DNA of 64,000 nt, taken from contig CAIIXF020000001.1 of the NCBI GenBank assembly GCA_903813345.2, forward strand, positions 37,882,001 to 37,946,000, in the 5' to 3' direction. Shown piece by piece: positions 24,774 through 37,900 of the stretch (position 1 is its first letter; each line of letters starts with the position of its first letter). This DNA comes from Owenia fusiformis. Taxonomy: Eukaryota. The translations under genes and the position numbers were made by a program. Below the pieces are notes generated by a model. The model saw only the letters and a list, made by a program, of their open reading frames with translations, was not told where the DNA came from and made no database searches.

Positions 24774-25989
24774 CGAGGAGAGAGGTTCCTTGTGAGCGAG
24801 TTCCACCGCATGGCATAATCTTACCTACTCCGAGGGGCTCCGTAACTACTTACCCCGTACTGCGATCCAGTTTCGTCATGCATGGTAGCTATCCAAGGTG
24901 AAACACAGTTAGTTTTTGGTAACGCAAGATAGGCTAACTGTTTCAAAATGGAGGCCTAGCTGGTCTCGCTATCATAGTGATATACAGTTATTGAGATAAG
25001 AAGGTAGAAGTGCCTTACCCTAATAATGCCTGTTTCTGAGTACTTCACCGTGAATACATTCCTCTGATATCGTTGAAAAACATATCAAAACATTCCTTGA
25101 AATAAGTTTTCATATGAATGGTCTTAATGGTTGTCTTTCTAGCCGCCAACTGTTCCGGTTCCTATTATCCAATGAACGACATTCTTTGTGTGTGCACTTC
25201 GCATTAGTGGAGTCGCACATACGCTTCACTCCCACCGCTTCGGCGCCTTCTACATAGCACGTTTGGACCTTCTCTGAAGCTTTATTAATAGCGATTGATT
25301 CTTTAGTCTTATCGTTTATTTCTTTATGACAGATGTTAGGAGTGTGGGTCTAGATATGGGAATATTATTGACTAGGAATTGTAAAATATATTTGACATGT
25401 AAAATTGTGATGTTTTCTATATTTGTTCACACCTCGTGTTGAATGGTTAGATGACAAAGTCCACATATCATGGGCCACTCTCGGCAAACACTTATCTCGA
25501 AGCCATGCACACCATTGGACGAAGCAATCTCATCACCAGCCAAATTGTCTAATAATTGACTACCTTAGTTAATTATTGATATTTGTCATAGTGTTTTGTT
25601 CAAATGAACATATTTGTTCCTCAAAAACACAAACATACCAAACATATCATTCATCTTTTCAAATATATGAAAATGAAACATCCTTTCCGAAATAATGTTG
25701 CAATACTTGAGAATAGAGACAGATTTGTTAGTTTCATTTTTGTTATTCTTGTAAAATAAGGTCGCATCAAGAGTCTGCTTGATTTGACTAATGCGTTATC
25801 ATTCATGACTGCTTTTTACTGATAGATAGTATGTAGATACAAAACTCCTTGTGAATTTTTTGTTATTTGTCAAATCTATCGAGATAATGTGCAAAGGTAT
25901 AATTACCCCAATGTATGATATGTAGGAGCCCCTCAAAGAAAAAACATACTTTACCTTACATTTTGTTTAGTGTCAGAATTCAAAACTAA

Positions 25990-26110
25990 AAGCCTAAGTC
26001 ACATTTGGTCTACAGCGGCCGTACGGCGACCGTAGCTTTACAAAATCGATTTACAACATCTACATCGTATGGGAGCTACGGTCGCCGTAGATCAAATATG
26101 ACTGGTGTTT
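25990..26110. mobile_element. Short palindromic Harbinger-like MITE remnant
   Basis: AGTCACATTTGGTCTAC ... GTAGATCAAATATGACT with internal TACGGCGACCGTAGCT / AGCTACGGTCGCCGTA arms. Confidence 0.55.
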
Positions 26111-26230
26111 TACCCTCACTCGCATTATAGTGAAGATGAGTCAATCGCATACAATATGGAAAACCACCAAGAGTGAGGACCGTGTTATAGCATCTTTTTA
26201 TTTGTGACTGCGTCGGCGTCTGTTCACTTT

Positions 26231-26345
26231 TGTAATCGCAACCAAGCGCTTGGTTGCGATTACATTGTATTGTATTGTATTAGTGATGTATTAGTGTTGT
26301 ATTCGATTTTTTTGTATTAGTGTTGTATTAGTAAAGTATTCGAAT
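26231..26345. repeat. Perfect 34-bp palindrome followed by a (TGTAT/TAG) microsatellite; possible HINE-type end
   Basis: TGTAATCGCAACCAAGCGCTTGGTTGCGATTACA at 26231-26264 follows a T-run and precedes TGTAT repeats. Confidence 0.65.
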
Positions 26346-29300
26346 TTCAAAGCCCATGGATAAACAAGTGGGGCAATATTTACCGTTTGGTTCTATTTTA
26401 GAAAACCTTCAAACCTGGATTAAGCCGAAAACAATTGACATAGATAACAGCTTTTGATGTCATAATGCTATTACAGCCCTTATCATCTTAATTAAACCAT
26501 TGTTTGTTGCGCTGTTTACTTTTCAAATTTGAATTTGACAGAGGTCAAAGTTTGATGGGAACTTACACCATTCTGTAATATTTACACACGGCTTATTGTG
26601 TTCAAATGTGGGTTATGACCAAAGATCAGCAATCTTTCAAATTATTTTGAATTATATATTTCAGTAAAACCCCAAATGTGCTATAATTTCCTTATTGTTT
26701 TGTGACTGGGATAAAATATTGGTGCTATTGACATATGGTTTTGACAGAGAGGGGTCTATAAGCAGGGTGAGTGGACAAGCGTAAAACAAAGAGAGCTCGA
26801 TGATGAGTATAAATCATCGAGTGGACATGAAGTGGTGTCAGATGACTAAAATCATAAACATCTACATGTAACTCACATAACTCATTTATTACATCCCACT
26901 TGTGTTTTATTTGTGGTATCTGGTTTTTGCTAACATTTTAGTATCTTCCAGGAAGGCGGATTGAACATCTTCATTTTCCCATTAAAAGCTTACCATCATA
27001 AACCTTCACAAGGATATCATTTCTCTACTCGACAGCTTTGTTTAACTTAGATTGCCATTACAGGAATAAATAAGGATATCTAAATAAGGCAGTCAATTAA
27101 TAATTTTTATATCAGTTTTTGATATAGATCGTACTCTTAAGTAAACAGTGTGCTAACTTTCTTTGCGATAAAAAATACTGTTTAGGAATATGACTTGACA
27201 TGTTGATGGTCAAAGATCATATTTACTCTGTCCACAAGACGATGGAATAGCAGGGGATGAGTAAGGTGTGTGCGTCCATCTCATAATCCACCTCAGACAT
27301 TCCAACGCCTGTATGCCGTAGTCCAGGTATCTCTTGTTCTTGGCTCCAGTTTGACCAAGGACTATCTTAAGTCTTGTTCTTATGCTACTGTTACACTGCC
27401 CACAGCCATTGTCTTAACTCTAGGTCATCAAAATTAACATCACTTGAGAAAATACTTGGAGATGTGCCATTCATATTAATCTTGTATTTATAATTGTGAC
27501 TGTATACGTTAGATTATTAATTACTTTGTTTTCATACTTACAGATAATCCAAGGAGTTTGATGACAATAGATGGCAGCACGAGATAATGCTCGTTTCTCT
27601 TCATTGTGAGATAATTTTGGAGAAGTCAGTAATATGTTCATATTTCTTTCTCTTTTACCATAAAACTGTTCTTCAGGCAAATTATAGGAGGTACCCGGGG
27701 ACATGGATGTATCGTCACAACGGCTCGAACGACTTGATGTGAAGCTGTATTTCAATTTGCTTTTCAGCTCTGAAGAGATGTAAACTATACTCAAAATTTA
27801 TGTTACGAAAATAATTGGACAAGTTGTGCCATGGTTTAAGTGGTGTCAAATTTGAAAAAAAGTTAAAAACGGCGTTCAAAGTTTGTAGGTTTGTTTCTTG
27901 TTGAGTTATTTCATGTCAATAGGTTATAAGTACTATCTCTTCGTGGCACAAATATTAACCCACTCATCCCTAAAACTTTACAATTATAAAATTACCAATA
28001 CCCCTGACACCACTTATATTCAAGAAATGAATTAAATGGGTTAATAATTTGCTGATTTGGACTTTGTTAGGCCTTACCTGCAATTTGGTGAGAACTTGAG
28101 CAGTTGCTTGTTTACTTAGTTATGATAAATTAAACAAAGGTTTGGAACTTAACATCAGAACGGCCACACAGTCGCCATCTTGAAATTATGAATTTAAAAT
28201 TATTTAAAAAATGTTTCTGATAAATATGCCAATATTTGTCGTTTAACTTGATAAAGGCTGTATTGGCTTGTAATTGGGGAACAGAATAAATGGAAAGATT
28301 AGCTTATAACTTGGCTTCCATTTTTGATTATTAAATCCATTTTATTTGCCGGACTGTAGAATACATCAAGCGGTCACGCTTGTAAGAAACCAGAAGCCAA
28401 CCCATTAACAATTATGGCACCAATACAACTATCTCTTATCGTCAGTTAGACAAATTGCTGCACTTGCCCGATAAGATAGGGCACCTTCACAAACTTCATT
28501 CATAAAATGTATTTTATTCCCCTAGCATTAAAGTTTTACCAACTCAACAGTAATAATAAACACCATCAAAACCTAGTGCAAAATTAAGCTGTGTAATTAC
28601 AAAGAGATAGTACCATCCCCGTACCTGGAAATACAATTTTGATTATTAACACGGTGCTCTGGTCGTTTACAATATCTGCTGTCCTTACAGTTATGCATGG
28701 ATGCACATGTATTACATGCTCTATTTGCATGATTGGAGTCGTATGTGTGCTTTGTGCTAACACAGTATTGGCACCCGAATCTGGCTTTAAGACCCGCTGC
28801 TTTATTTCTCTTGCGGGTGGTAAGGTCTGAATCTCAACAACAGATGGCTGATAACAGCTAAAAATGGCTCGGGTCTAAAAGTTATTGTTTTAATGGGATC
28901 ATTAAATAAACTGTGTTTTTAGTGATGTCAGTTGTAGATTAATGGGGTATAGGGTTAGGATGCGTGGCAGGGAGCTGTGTTTTCTCCACTCCTGTGTTCC
29001 GGTCGGCCTGATACAGTCCAGACCGTCCTTGATGGATCTCCTGTCACCCGACAATTACCCCCACCTCCTCGCCTGTATGGCTTCTTTGCCGGTCGTACCA
29101 GATGCTTCTAAGACTTCGCCTGCCAATACCTTATCAGGAATCGCACATAAAATGCACTAGCACTTTTAAACATATTATTTAACGCGAAATTTGTCAAACT
29201 GTTGGCCAATTTACATGGGTTTTGCTATCTAAATTAGGCACTCAGAATGGAGGATTTTTCTTCAATTACTATTCAGGCTAGATAAGGTTTGATTGATACG

Positions 29301-31409
29301 TTCCCGAGCAAGTTACAATGCTACAAAAACAACACCTGATTTATTTAACCCATTACACACAACCAGTCGTCCAAAACTTCTGAGGTTCCAAAATGCGATA
29401 TGGCCAACATAAAAATGCTCCAAATTTATAGTAGTAATAAAGTGGTGTAATTAATCATATAACCAGGAAAGACCATAAATCTTAGTGTTAAACAAGACAT
29501 GATAAGTCGTTGGACGCGAGTTTTAGAGACTGAACACATTGTGCGTTTTTCTGAGTGTATTACCAAAAAAATGTTGGTATTCAATCTTGCAATATTTTAG
29601 GCAATTAAATGCGCAGCTTGGATACACAATGTTTATGAGAAGGAAGGCAAATGGTTAAGAATGTATGTTATTGAAGAGATAAGGTCTAGCGAATGTACGA
29701 TGTGTGAGTTACTAGTTATAGGTGTCGTTGTAATATAACTAGATGTTGTAAATATATGCTACTTAAAATTATCTCAATATGCAGTCTATATAATTATTCA
29801 TGCTATATTATTACTAGTATACAAAATATTCCGGACGTAAATTGCGTTTTACACATTTTCAGATTACTTCTTTCTTACATCACACTTACCTAATATTCGA
29901 GTGTTGTATGAATGTACGCTTTGTGGGACAAAGATAATTTATATTTTTAGAAATTTAACAAAAATAGAAGTTTTATGGGGTCCTACACAAATATGGCAGC
30001 ACTAATAAAATTGTCAGATTTTATGTGGTTACTTTAGCACTTGCCACTATGTCACACTGAAATTTATACCAAATGTTCGAAACTTGAGATGGAGTCATTA
30101 ATCTACAGGGGAATACTGTTGTTTTGGACGAAATTGTAAATAAACAGTTCAGTTTGTTATAGGCTCTACAAAAAATAAAACAAGTTTGGAATTCATCTTG
30201 ACTTACTCGCCGACCACAACAGTGCAAACTATGTACTCACACTTAGAAGCGACACTTTTTGTGGTATCATATTTATCTGACGCATTCCTCAAAGAAGATG
30301 CCTCGAGATTCATGAATAAAAAACTGTAGCAATCATCAGAAAAAACAAACAATTTGGCTTTTGTTATAAAAACGTGAAAAGTCAACAACCGAAGGGTCGT
30401 TAGGAACATTGGCTTCTCTTGACAAATATTCGGTGTTTTTGGCTTGCTCAAATTTTGATCAATCATCTTTGAAGCAAGCCCTAATCAACTAATTAAAATA
30501 AATTCTATAGCGATTAAAAATATTGCTCCATCTTTTAATTAACTGCACCGATCTTCTATTTACACTTCTGATTCCATTTTGCAACATTTATCTCAATTAG
30601 AAACAAATTGCATATTATCATATCTAATGATGTAGTTTTCACTCTTACGGGCTATCTGAGTATATCTCAAACTCTCTCTTATAGTAGATTCCAATAAAGT
30701 GTTGCATGATAAAATTGGTACATGAATTACACTTTGGCTGGTGACTTGTAGAGTACTAAGGCAGATACTGTGCAAGAGCCTGGTATCATTATGATATGAT
30801 AAACCAACACAAAACTTTCACCACAGATTATCTTTTGCTATGCTTCAATTTAGTTATGCAACTGATTTCTTAGTTTTTGGTTTCTTTTAGTTTTAGACTT
30901 TTCTAGCTGCATTGATGGAAATTGAAAATGTATTTTGTTCTGTTTATGACATATTGTTATAATGATCTACGGTTGCTAATATTACTTATTTAAAGTTTTC
31001 ATTGTTTTAAAATTGGAGAAAAAACTTGTGTGTCATATTTATAACAACAACCCCATATTTATTTGTTTGTCATCATATTTAGTATAGTGACCACAAATAG
31101 TTGAAATTTTTAAACAAAAGGGTCGGGTGATGACACAAAGTATTAATGATTATGATCAAAATCACTACTGATTTTGTATTTGTATTAAATCGGTGTTGGT
31201 TTGCATTCAAAGATAACAAGTTAGAATTCTCCACAATCTCTTGTTTATCTGGTAATGCGATTATACGGCGATATCATAAAAACGCTAGCTTGAACCAACA
31301 TTCTCCGTTCCATATTTCAAGAAACTAAACATGTTAAAAGTCCTGGAAAGGAAGATAAAATTCGGAAAGAAAAGTTTGCTGAAGCAGAAGAAAGTGAAAC
31401 CAAATTGCA

Positions 31410-31970
31410 GCGCATGATTGGCTACTGCTCGAGGAATTCTACTGATAAGGCATAAGTAGGCGGGATCTTGGAGAAGTTGGCACATCGGCGCCAGAAAGTC
31501 GGCAGCATCAGAATAATTAAGAGTGGCCTGCCTCTCTCGCAACCAATCTGAGAGTTCCGTTTGACAGGCTTAGGAAATAAATATAGAGATCGCTAGCACA
31601 CGTGTTATTGGACGTATACCAGAAACAAGAAGAAACACTTGCTACTAAGGAAACCAGGGAACAAGTGTAACAACATTTCCAACAGGTATGTGTGCATCTT
31701 CACTTCGCTCTGTTTTAATTTTGAATTATTATCAATTTTATAGAATTGTGTAAATAAAGTAGAATTGATCTAGTGGTCCAAAGTCTATAGTGTTCTTGTC
31801 GACCATTGAGGTACTTGACAAATCTGTCGTGTTATCTACTGACTAATCTTCCTCTATACTAACAGGGCCGAGATCTCGCTCCAGCGCAAATCTACGCGAC
31901 AACTATTACAACAGAATTAAAAATCTAAGGAGCTAACACGATTACCGAGAAGAATAAAGAGGCTGAGTAG
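31410..31970 (+). promoter_or_regulatory. Candidate GATA-B promoter and two non-coding 5' exons (about 31600-31685 and 31866-31970)
   Basis: CpG-richer patch with ATTGG (about 31417) and CCAAT (31543) boxes and an AT-rich TAAATATA at about 31578. Donor CAG|GTATGT at 31685, acceptor TACTAACAG at 31865, donor TAG|GTAAGT at 31970. The first coding exon has an acceptor at 41698 and so needs an upstream exon. Confidence 0.55.
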
Positions 31971-34900
31971 GTAAGTTTGTATTCTTTCTATTAGTTTATA
32001 GTAAGTCTGAAGAACACTACAGATACTTCAATTACTTTATCAGGAAATTGGCTGAGTTCTGGATAAGGCGTTGATACAAAATCTGTGTGTCTAAGGTATT
32101 CGATGTCCTCTTGTTTATAAGATTTTTGGGGGTTATTGTGGCGCAATGTTAACATTATCGCCTGGCTTGATAATTATGAAATGGTCAACAAAATGAGAGC
32201 AAAATCTCTGAATTTGATGGTTAAGAAGTTGAGATTAAGCCGATGCTGTATATTAATTTCATGGGGGTTTATCTTGAGTTATCATAAGTTGTGCCAATAC
32301 TGATATGTGCTACAAGTAGTACCCAAGCTCAATCTTTTACTACATCAATGAATGAACACTACTAAAACACATAGCGATTAGATAATACATTTTTTAATTT
32401 ATTTATAAATGATCTTGTTCACACCAAGAGATATTGTATCAGAAATGGATAGAACATTTACAAATTAAGAGATACCCCTTGATAAGGCGCTTGGTCTTGA
32501 CTCTGGTTCGCCATAAGCAGGTTCAAGTTGAAGCAGCCAACCAAAGCCACTGTCATCTAGCATAGCCTAAAGAAAACATAACTTTTTAGTAAATGTTTAA
32601 TCCTTCATCAAGTTTATAAATTATTCAATGGAATTTATCAACTAAATACTTGATTCTCACGGTATTTATCAAACGGTTACCTCCGACTGATTTGCTCCTT
32701 AAATATTGTTATAGTATTGATTATCGAGTTAGAGACATTGTTTTTCTAACAACTTTGAAAAGAAACATCAAAAGGCACTGTGTCTGAAAGATACATCCTG
32801 TATCATCCTGTGTGAATTAATTATGAAATCAATTAATCCTTTAATTACTGTTTGATTACAGTCGCTTCAATAATTAAGGATACTATGTGCCCTGCACCCG
32901 AAACGTACTTTCACAGCTTTGAAACTTGATATAAATAAAACGTAAGCATTAACAATGTTTACGTGCAATTGTCAATAGCATTCCCGCAAAGTTAGAAAAC
33001 AAATTGAAAACAAATTAAATATGGTTTAAAAACTCCTAAATAAGATTAGGAATTCATAATTTATGAGTTGATTATGCGTGGGGTATGAGTAATGAATATA
33101 TTTATTTGTTTATTTGGAAGCCATTACTCTGGCTTCTTCATACAGTACCTCATTAGCCGGATATGAAAACTAATTATTTATTCTACGCTCAGACTGGATA
33201 TCCTTGCTAAATTAATAAATTATGCTTACTTTTAAACAAACACTGGGCTTCTGTCTGATACAAGTCTAACGGGCTAATGTAACATGTGGATGTTCTCCGA
33301 GTTAATTAAGCCATAGGATTATAAGGTCCAATCGTCAGCGTGGAACACAGTGCATAAATTGCTACATGAGGCCTTGGCATCCTTCCTCTTCAGATATGAT
33401 CTACCAACTTCAAAGGGAAGCTTAGAACCGTGAAATATTTTGGCAACTTTTACATCCCATTTCATTGAAATAATTTATATTCAGTGCGCAAATCCTTTGT
33501 CATTATAAACGGATGAAAAGAAATCTACTTAGAATCAATTGCAATGAACATTATATGAATATTTATTCAATATTCATTATGCAAGCATAAGTATATGATA
33601 ATTATATGATATAGCTTATGTTCACTCTGTTGCAGAAAAAGTAATATAAATATATTGTATAATACTATATAAATATAATTATATTGAATACTAAACAAGA
33701 AATTTTACAAAAAACTTCAATATGTTTTAAGCATTTTTTGGCATATTGTAAATGCACATATGTTATGGAGGGCTAATTCACCAGTGACATTACGCTGAAT
33801 TGAAAAATTGTATGTATTTAAATTCCTAAGATTAATTGTAAAAGACAAATATTAATGATAGTAGATTCATAACTACATTTTAGCAGATTCTTACTTACAT
33901 TAATAACACTTCAATAGGATGAAAATCGTTGTAATTTATATGAAATGGCCACATTTGAGCTGCTGTTGCGGCTGATCTTTGATCCGGGCATGGCACTTCA
34001 ACTTCCCCATATTTCAGGAAAATTATTGGGAAATATCAATGTTATATCATTGTTTAAATATAATTAATAATTGGACATGTCTTAGAAGTCATTACTGTTT
34101 TATTTCCTTTAAATATGCGATTATACAAATGTCCAAGTTGTTGTTACTGATAACGCTGATTGCTGGCTTGATATATTTAAAACATTTCAATCAAATAGCA
34201 TATGAGATCACAAATTCAAAATTTTAATTGCCTCCATCCTTCCGCTTGATTCTATTTTATCTTGATTTTAATATGATAATTATTTCCTTTTGGGAGTCAA
34301 GCACATCTTGCTATATTAGCTGGACAATGGTCTGTCAGTTCGAGCTGAAATTATAACATATTCAAGATTTTATATTTCCCTAAATGAATTGCATCTGTGA
34401 AACTAATATATTCAAAGGGAATCTTGGTATAATTAGGCTACAATACAATTATCATATGGAATCGCTCCAACCTTAACTCTTTATAATGGTATCATGGTAC
34501 AGCTCTTGCGGCGAAAGCGTGCGCAACAGATTCCGCTATCTTCGATCTACTTCCATAATCCCTGCCCCCTGGGGTATCCAACTTTCATCCCCAGCGCATG
34601 TTTAGTTCATTAGGAGGATCATATGGTCAGATTTATTAAATAGATAAATATATCAACATAATCTGGCATGTAGTTATTGTAGACACCGGTGATTATTAAT
34701 TTAGAATGTTGCCATATGTGTGGGGCAGTGCCACTCTGATTGTAAATAGATATAGCAAGTGTTAAACCTTTTTATCTATTAGAAAAATTGTTCTATATTT
34801 TATATCTGTACAATTATTAACAACTAACTTCCTTGACATTGGGGATAGGGAGTCTAACCTCATATCTAGGATTACCCCAGAAGTAATGCTTACAGTTTTC

Positions 34901-37900
34901 TTGAACTGGAAGAAGAAGAGTGATGTTAAACACAGATATAAATTAGATGGTTTTTTTAATATTATTTGTTATTCATTTATTTCTGGTTTGTTGGCATCAA
35001 AAACAGTTTTATGTTAAAATAATTCAATAGTTTGTTGCATTAGGGTTACGTAACCCTTCTTGTTTATGTTTCCCTCTTTATTTTCCGTAGCTAGCATTTT
35101 TATTTCTGCTTCGGATCATGTCACCGATTTCTTCATATTTTATGGTCGTTCTTTCGTACCATTGGTATTGTTCATAATGTGTTTTTGTTTGTTCCTTGCA
35201 CTAATCATTTTGGTTACAGTACAGTAAATTGTTACACAATAGGTATGATGGAGCAATTTGAAGGCAATGTTATTTTAAAATAAATACTTGGAACAGATCA
35301 ACTCCATAAAACTGCATTTGTGAAATATTTACCTGTAATTTCGGGACTAAAAGTTTTATTATACTTGATTTATTTTTGGCTATTTAGAATTTTACTTGAT
35401 AATAAAATGATATCACTTTGACTGAATTTTTCGACATGAAATTGGAGATTCATTCTACTGGAATCTAGTCAATATATGTAATATTGTTTTTCGTTTTCTA
35501 ATATAAGTACTTCTAATTTCACATGATCAATTTGTGTTCTCAATTTTTTTTATTACTTTGGAAAAAAACAAAAATTCCGGTTGCTGCGTCTATTTGACTT
35601 GGTTCTTTCCACTGATATTACTCGTGGCAAAGGACTAGGAAGTGTCCATCATTTATTCATTATATCTTGGATCAATTTTTTCTATAGTCCTACGATGCTC
35701 CAAAATCCTGGTATCATAAAACCAAGATCTGGATTTCGGAGACATCAGTTTCTTTGTGGCATGCATAGATTTCATCAAAACAAACGTGAGCCTCAGAAGA
35801 TTCTCGTTTCTCTTTCATCCCAGCGTGTACTACTTAGAATAGTTCTCTCCCAGTGGGTTACTGAAAGAGTAACTCTGACAACATTCATCCAAATATCTTA
35901 TTCCCCAATCTAATAACACCAGCTGGAAGGTGGAGTAACGTGATGGTGAAGAAATATTCCAAGATCTCGAAATAATAGGTACATTTACCCTCAAAGATTT
36001 CATGGTGGCAATTGAATTTCACGCTCAGATTATTGCATTGCAATAATATTTAATTTAATCATCTTGGATTTCTATACTGAACTTCTCTGCTATTGTATTA
36101 AGGAATGAGCATTTCCTCACGTTTTTCCGTAATTATTTAAGAAAAATAGCTCATGATAGACAGATAGAATGTGGATTCTGTAGGGAGCTCGTGTAGGATG
36201 GCAGGATACCAGCGGGACTACAGTAACAGAAGGAAACAGTAGCCGATGTGTGTAGAGGGAGGTTCCCCGTGTTTGTCTTGTCCCATACCGGGCATAGACA
36301 TCCAATATCACCACACCGGTCACCATGGGCCGCTTACGTCCAACACAAACAAACAGCACTGTAACGGAACACTAAAAAACAAGAACACCTCTCGTTCATA
36401 CCGGCTCACTTACATTTCTAAGTCAATATTTGGAAATTGAAACAAATTCTTAAAATTCATTTAATCCAATAAAAACATAGCTAAGCCTGTTGGTTGTCTT
36501 CTACCTCATTTGATTTAAGGTTGAAGATTCTGAAACTGATTGCTATTCGATCTATCTGTTGTTTTAGCGAAAGGAAAAGTCTACTATCCAAACAAATTCG
36601 GACTTTTTTCAAATGTTAATGAGTATAATGACTTTAATTACAGACTTGATTTGTTAAAAAAATCGGAAATTCTAGAGGAAAACTTTCGTGATTTGATCGA
36701 AGTTAAATGATACTATTGACACAACGTATGCACTGGGAGTTGTGTCATTTGAAATATACAATTTGGTTAACAATAAATACATTATAATTTACTGCTTTAA
36801 TTTCTCTTTCAGTTTACAATATCAAATGGTATCACTATGTGATATGTGAATATAAGACGTGTAGCGTAGAATGTTAAGAGCGTTGTATGAGATATGAGGG
36901 TCTCGGTCCAAAGTGTAGGACTTGGTACCATTTGTCACAATATTAGCGATAAGAGATAAAACTGACACGTTGATATCCTCTCATCCAACTTTATACAACC
37001 TAAAACAATAATTTTGAATTAAATCAATCCACATTTTAATTGCACAAATCTTGATTCGAGCGTTGATAAAATGCGCTTGCATTACCGTAAAATAACTTTA
37101 GTATCGCATTGTCGTTTGAGTAAACTAGGAAATATTTTATTAATTGATCGACAAATTACAAATTACCATTAGAACACAGTTGTGGTTATGTTGTTTAATA
37201 ATAAAATGCTTTCTTTCAAAATTGAGGGACTTATGATCGCATACATACATTAGCATACATGCATGTAGCTCACTGCTGAGTGTGATTGTATTTGCTGGCT
37301 ACATTTGGAAAAGCTCCGTAGATTCTAGATGCACAGTTTCTGACAATATGGTGTGTATCATTTCCCGTGTTAGTTACAATCCAAACATTTGCCAGACACT
37401 TGTCCTACTCCTGCAATAACTCGTCTAATTAATGAGTTGATTCTACATTAAATAATGTTTAGACAATCTTGCTTCAGGCACTGCAAAAGGAGCAGCAAAA
37501 GTTACATTCATCTCTGATATTTTCTCATGCGGATTTTGTTGAAGTCTAAACCAAATGTATTTGTTCCTGGGAAATTGTTCTTGGGTTGTTTGCCTGGCAG
37601 GCATGAACTCTCGCTTCATTGCCTCCAGGGAGAGCTTCTTTCCTCTATATGCACTGTGTCAGAGGGGGTCATGAGTTATGGCAGAGAGGGGAGCTCATAA
37701 CTCAAAGTTGGCACAAGGAAGCGCCGTCGTGTCTGGCCCTTTACCACACACTTATGGCCTCACGGTAATCCGAGAAAATGCTTCAATTAATAATCACTCG
37801 ACACCCAAACTTGCATCCACCCTTATACCAAGGTTTATACCTTAATGAGATGCCAAATGAAACCCTGTTTACTTTTACTAAGTGCAGCTTTAATTGTACA

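Noticed and set aside
24820..28080. Additional minus-strand donors (about 24824, 24853, 28077) as alternative GATA-A first exons
   Set aside because: Donor-like motifs only, with no supporting exon or promoter evidence.
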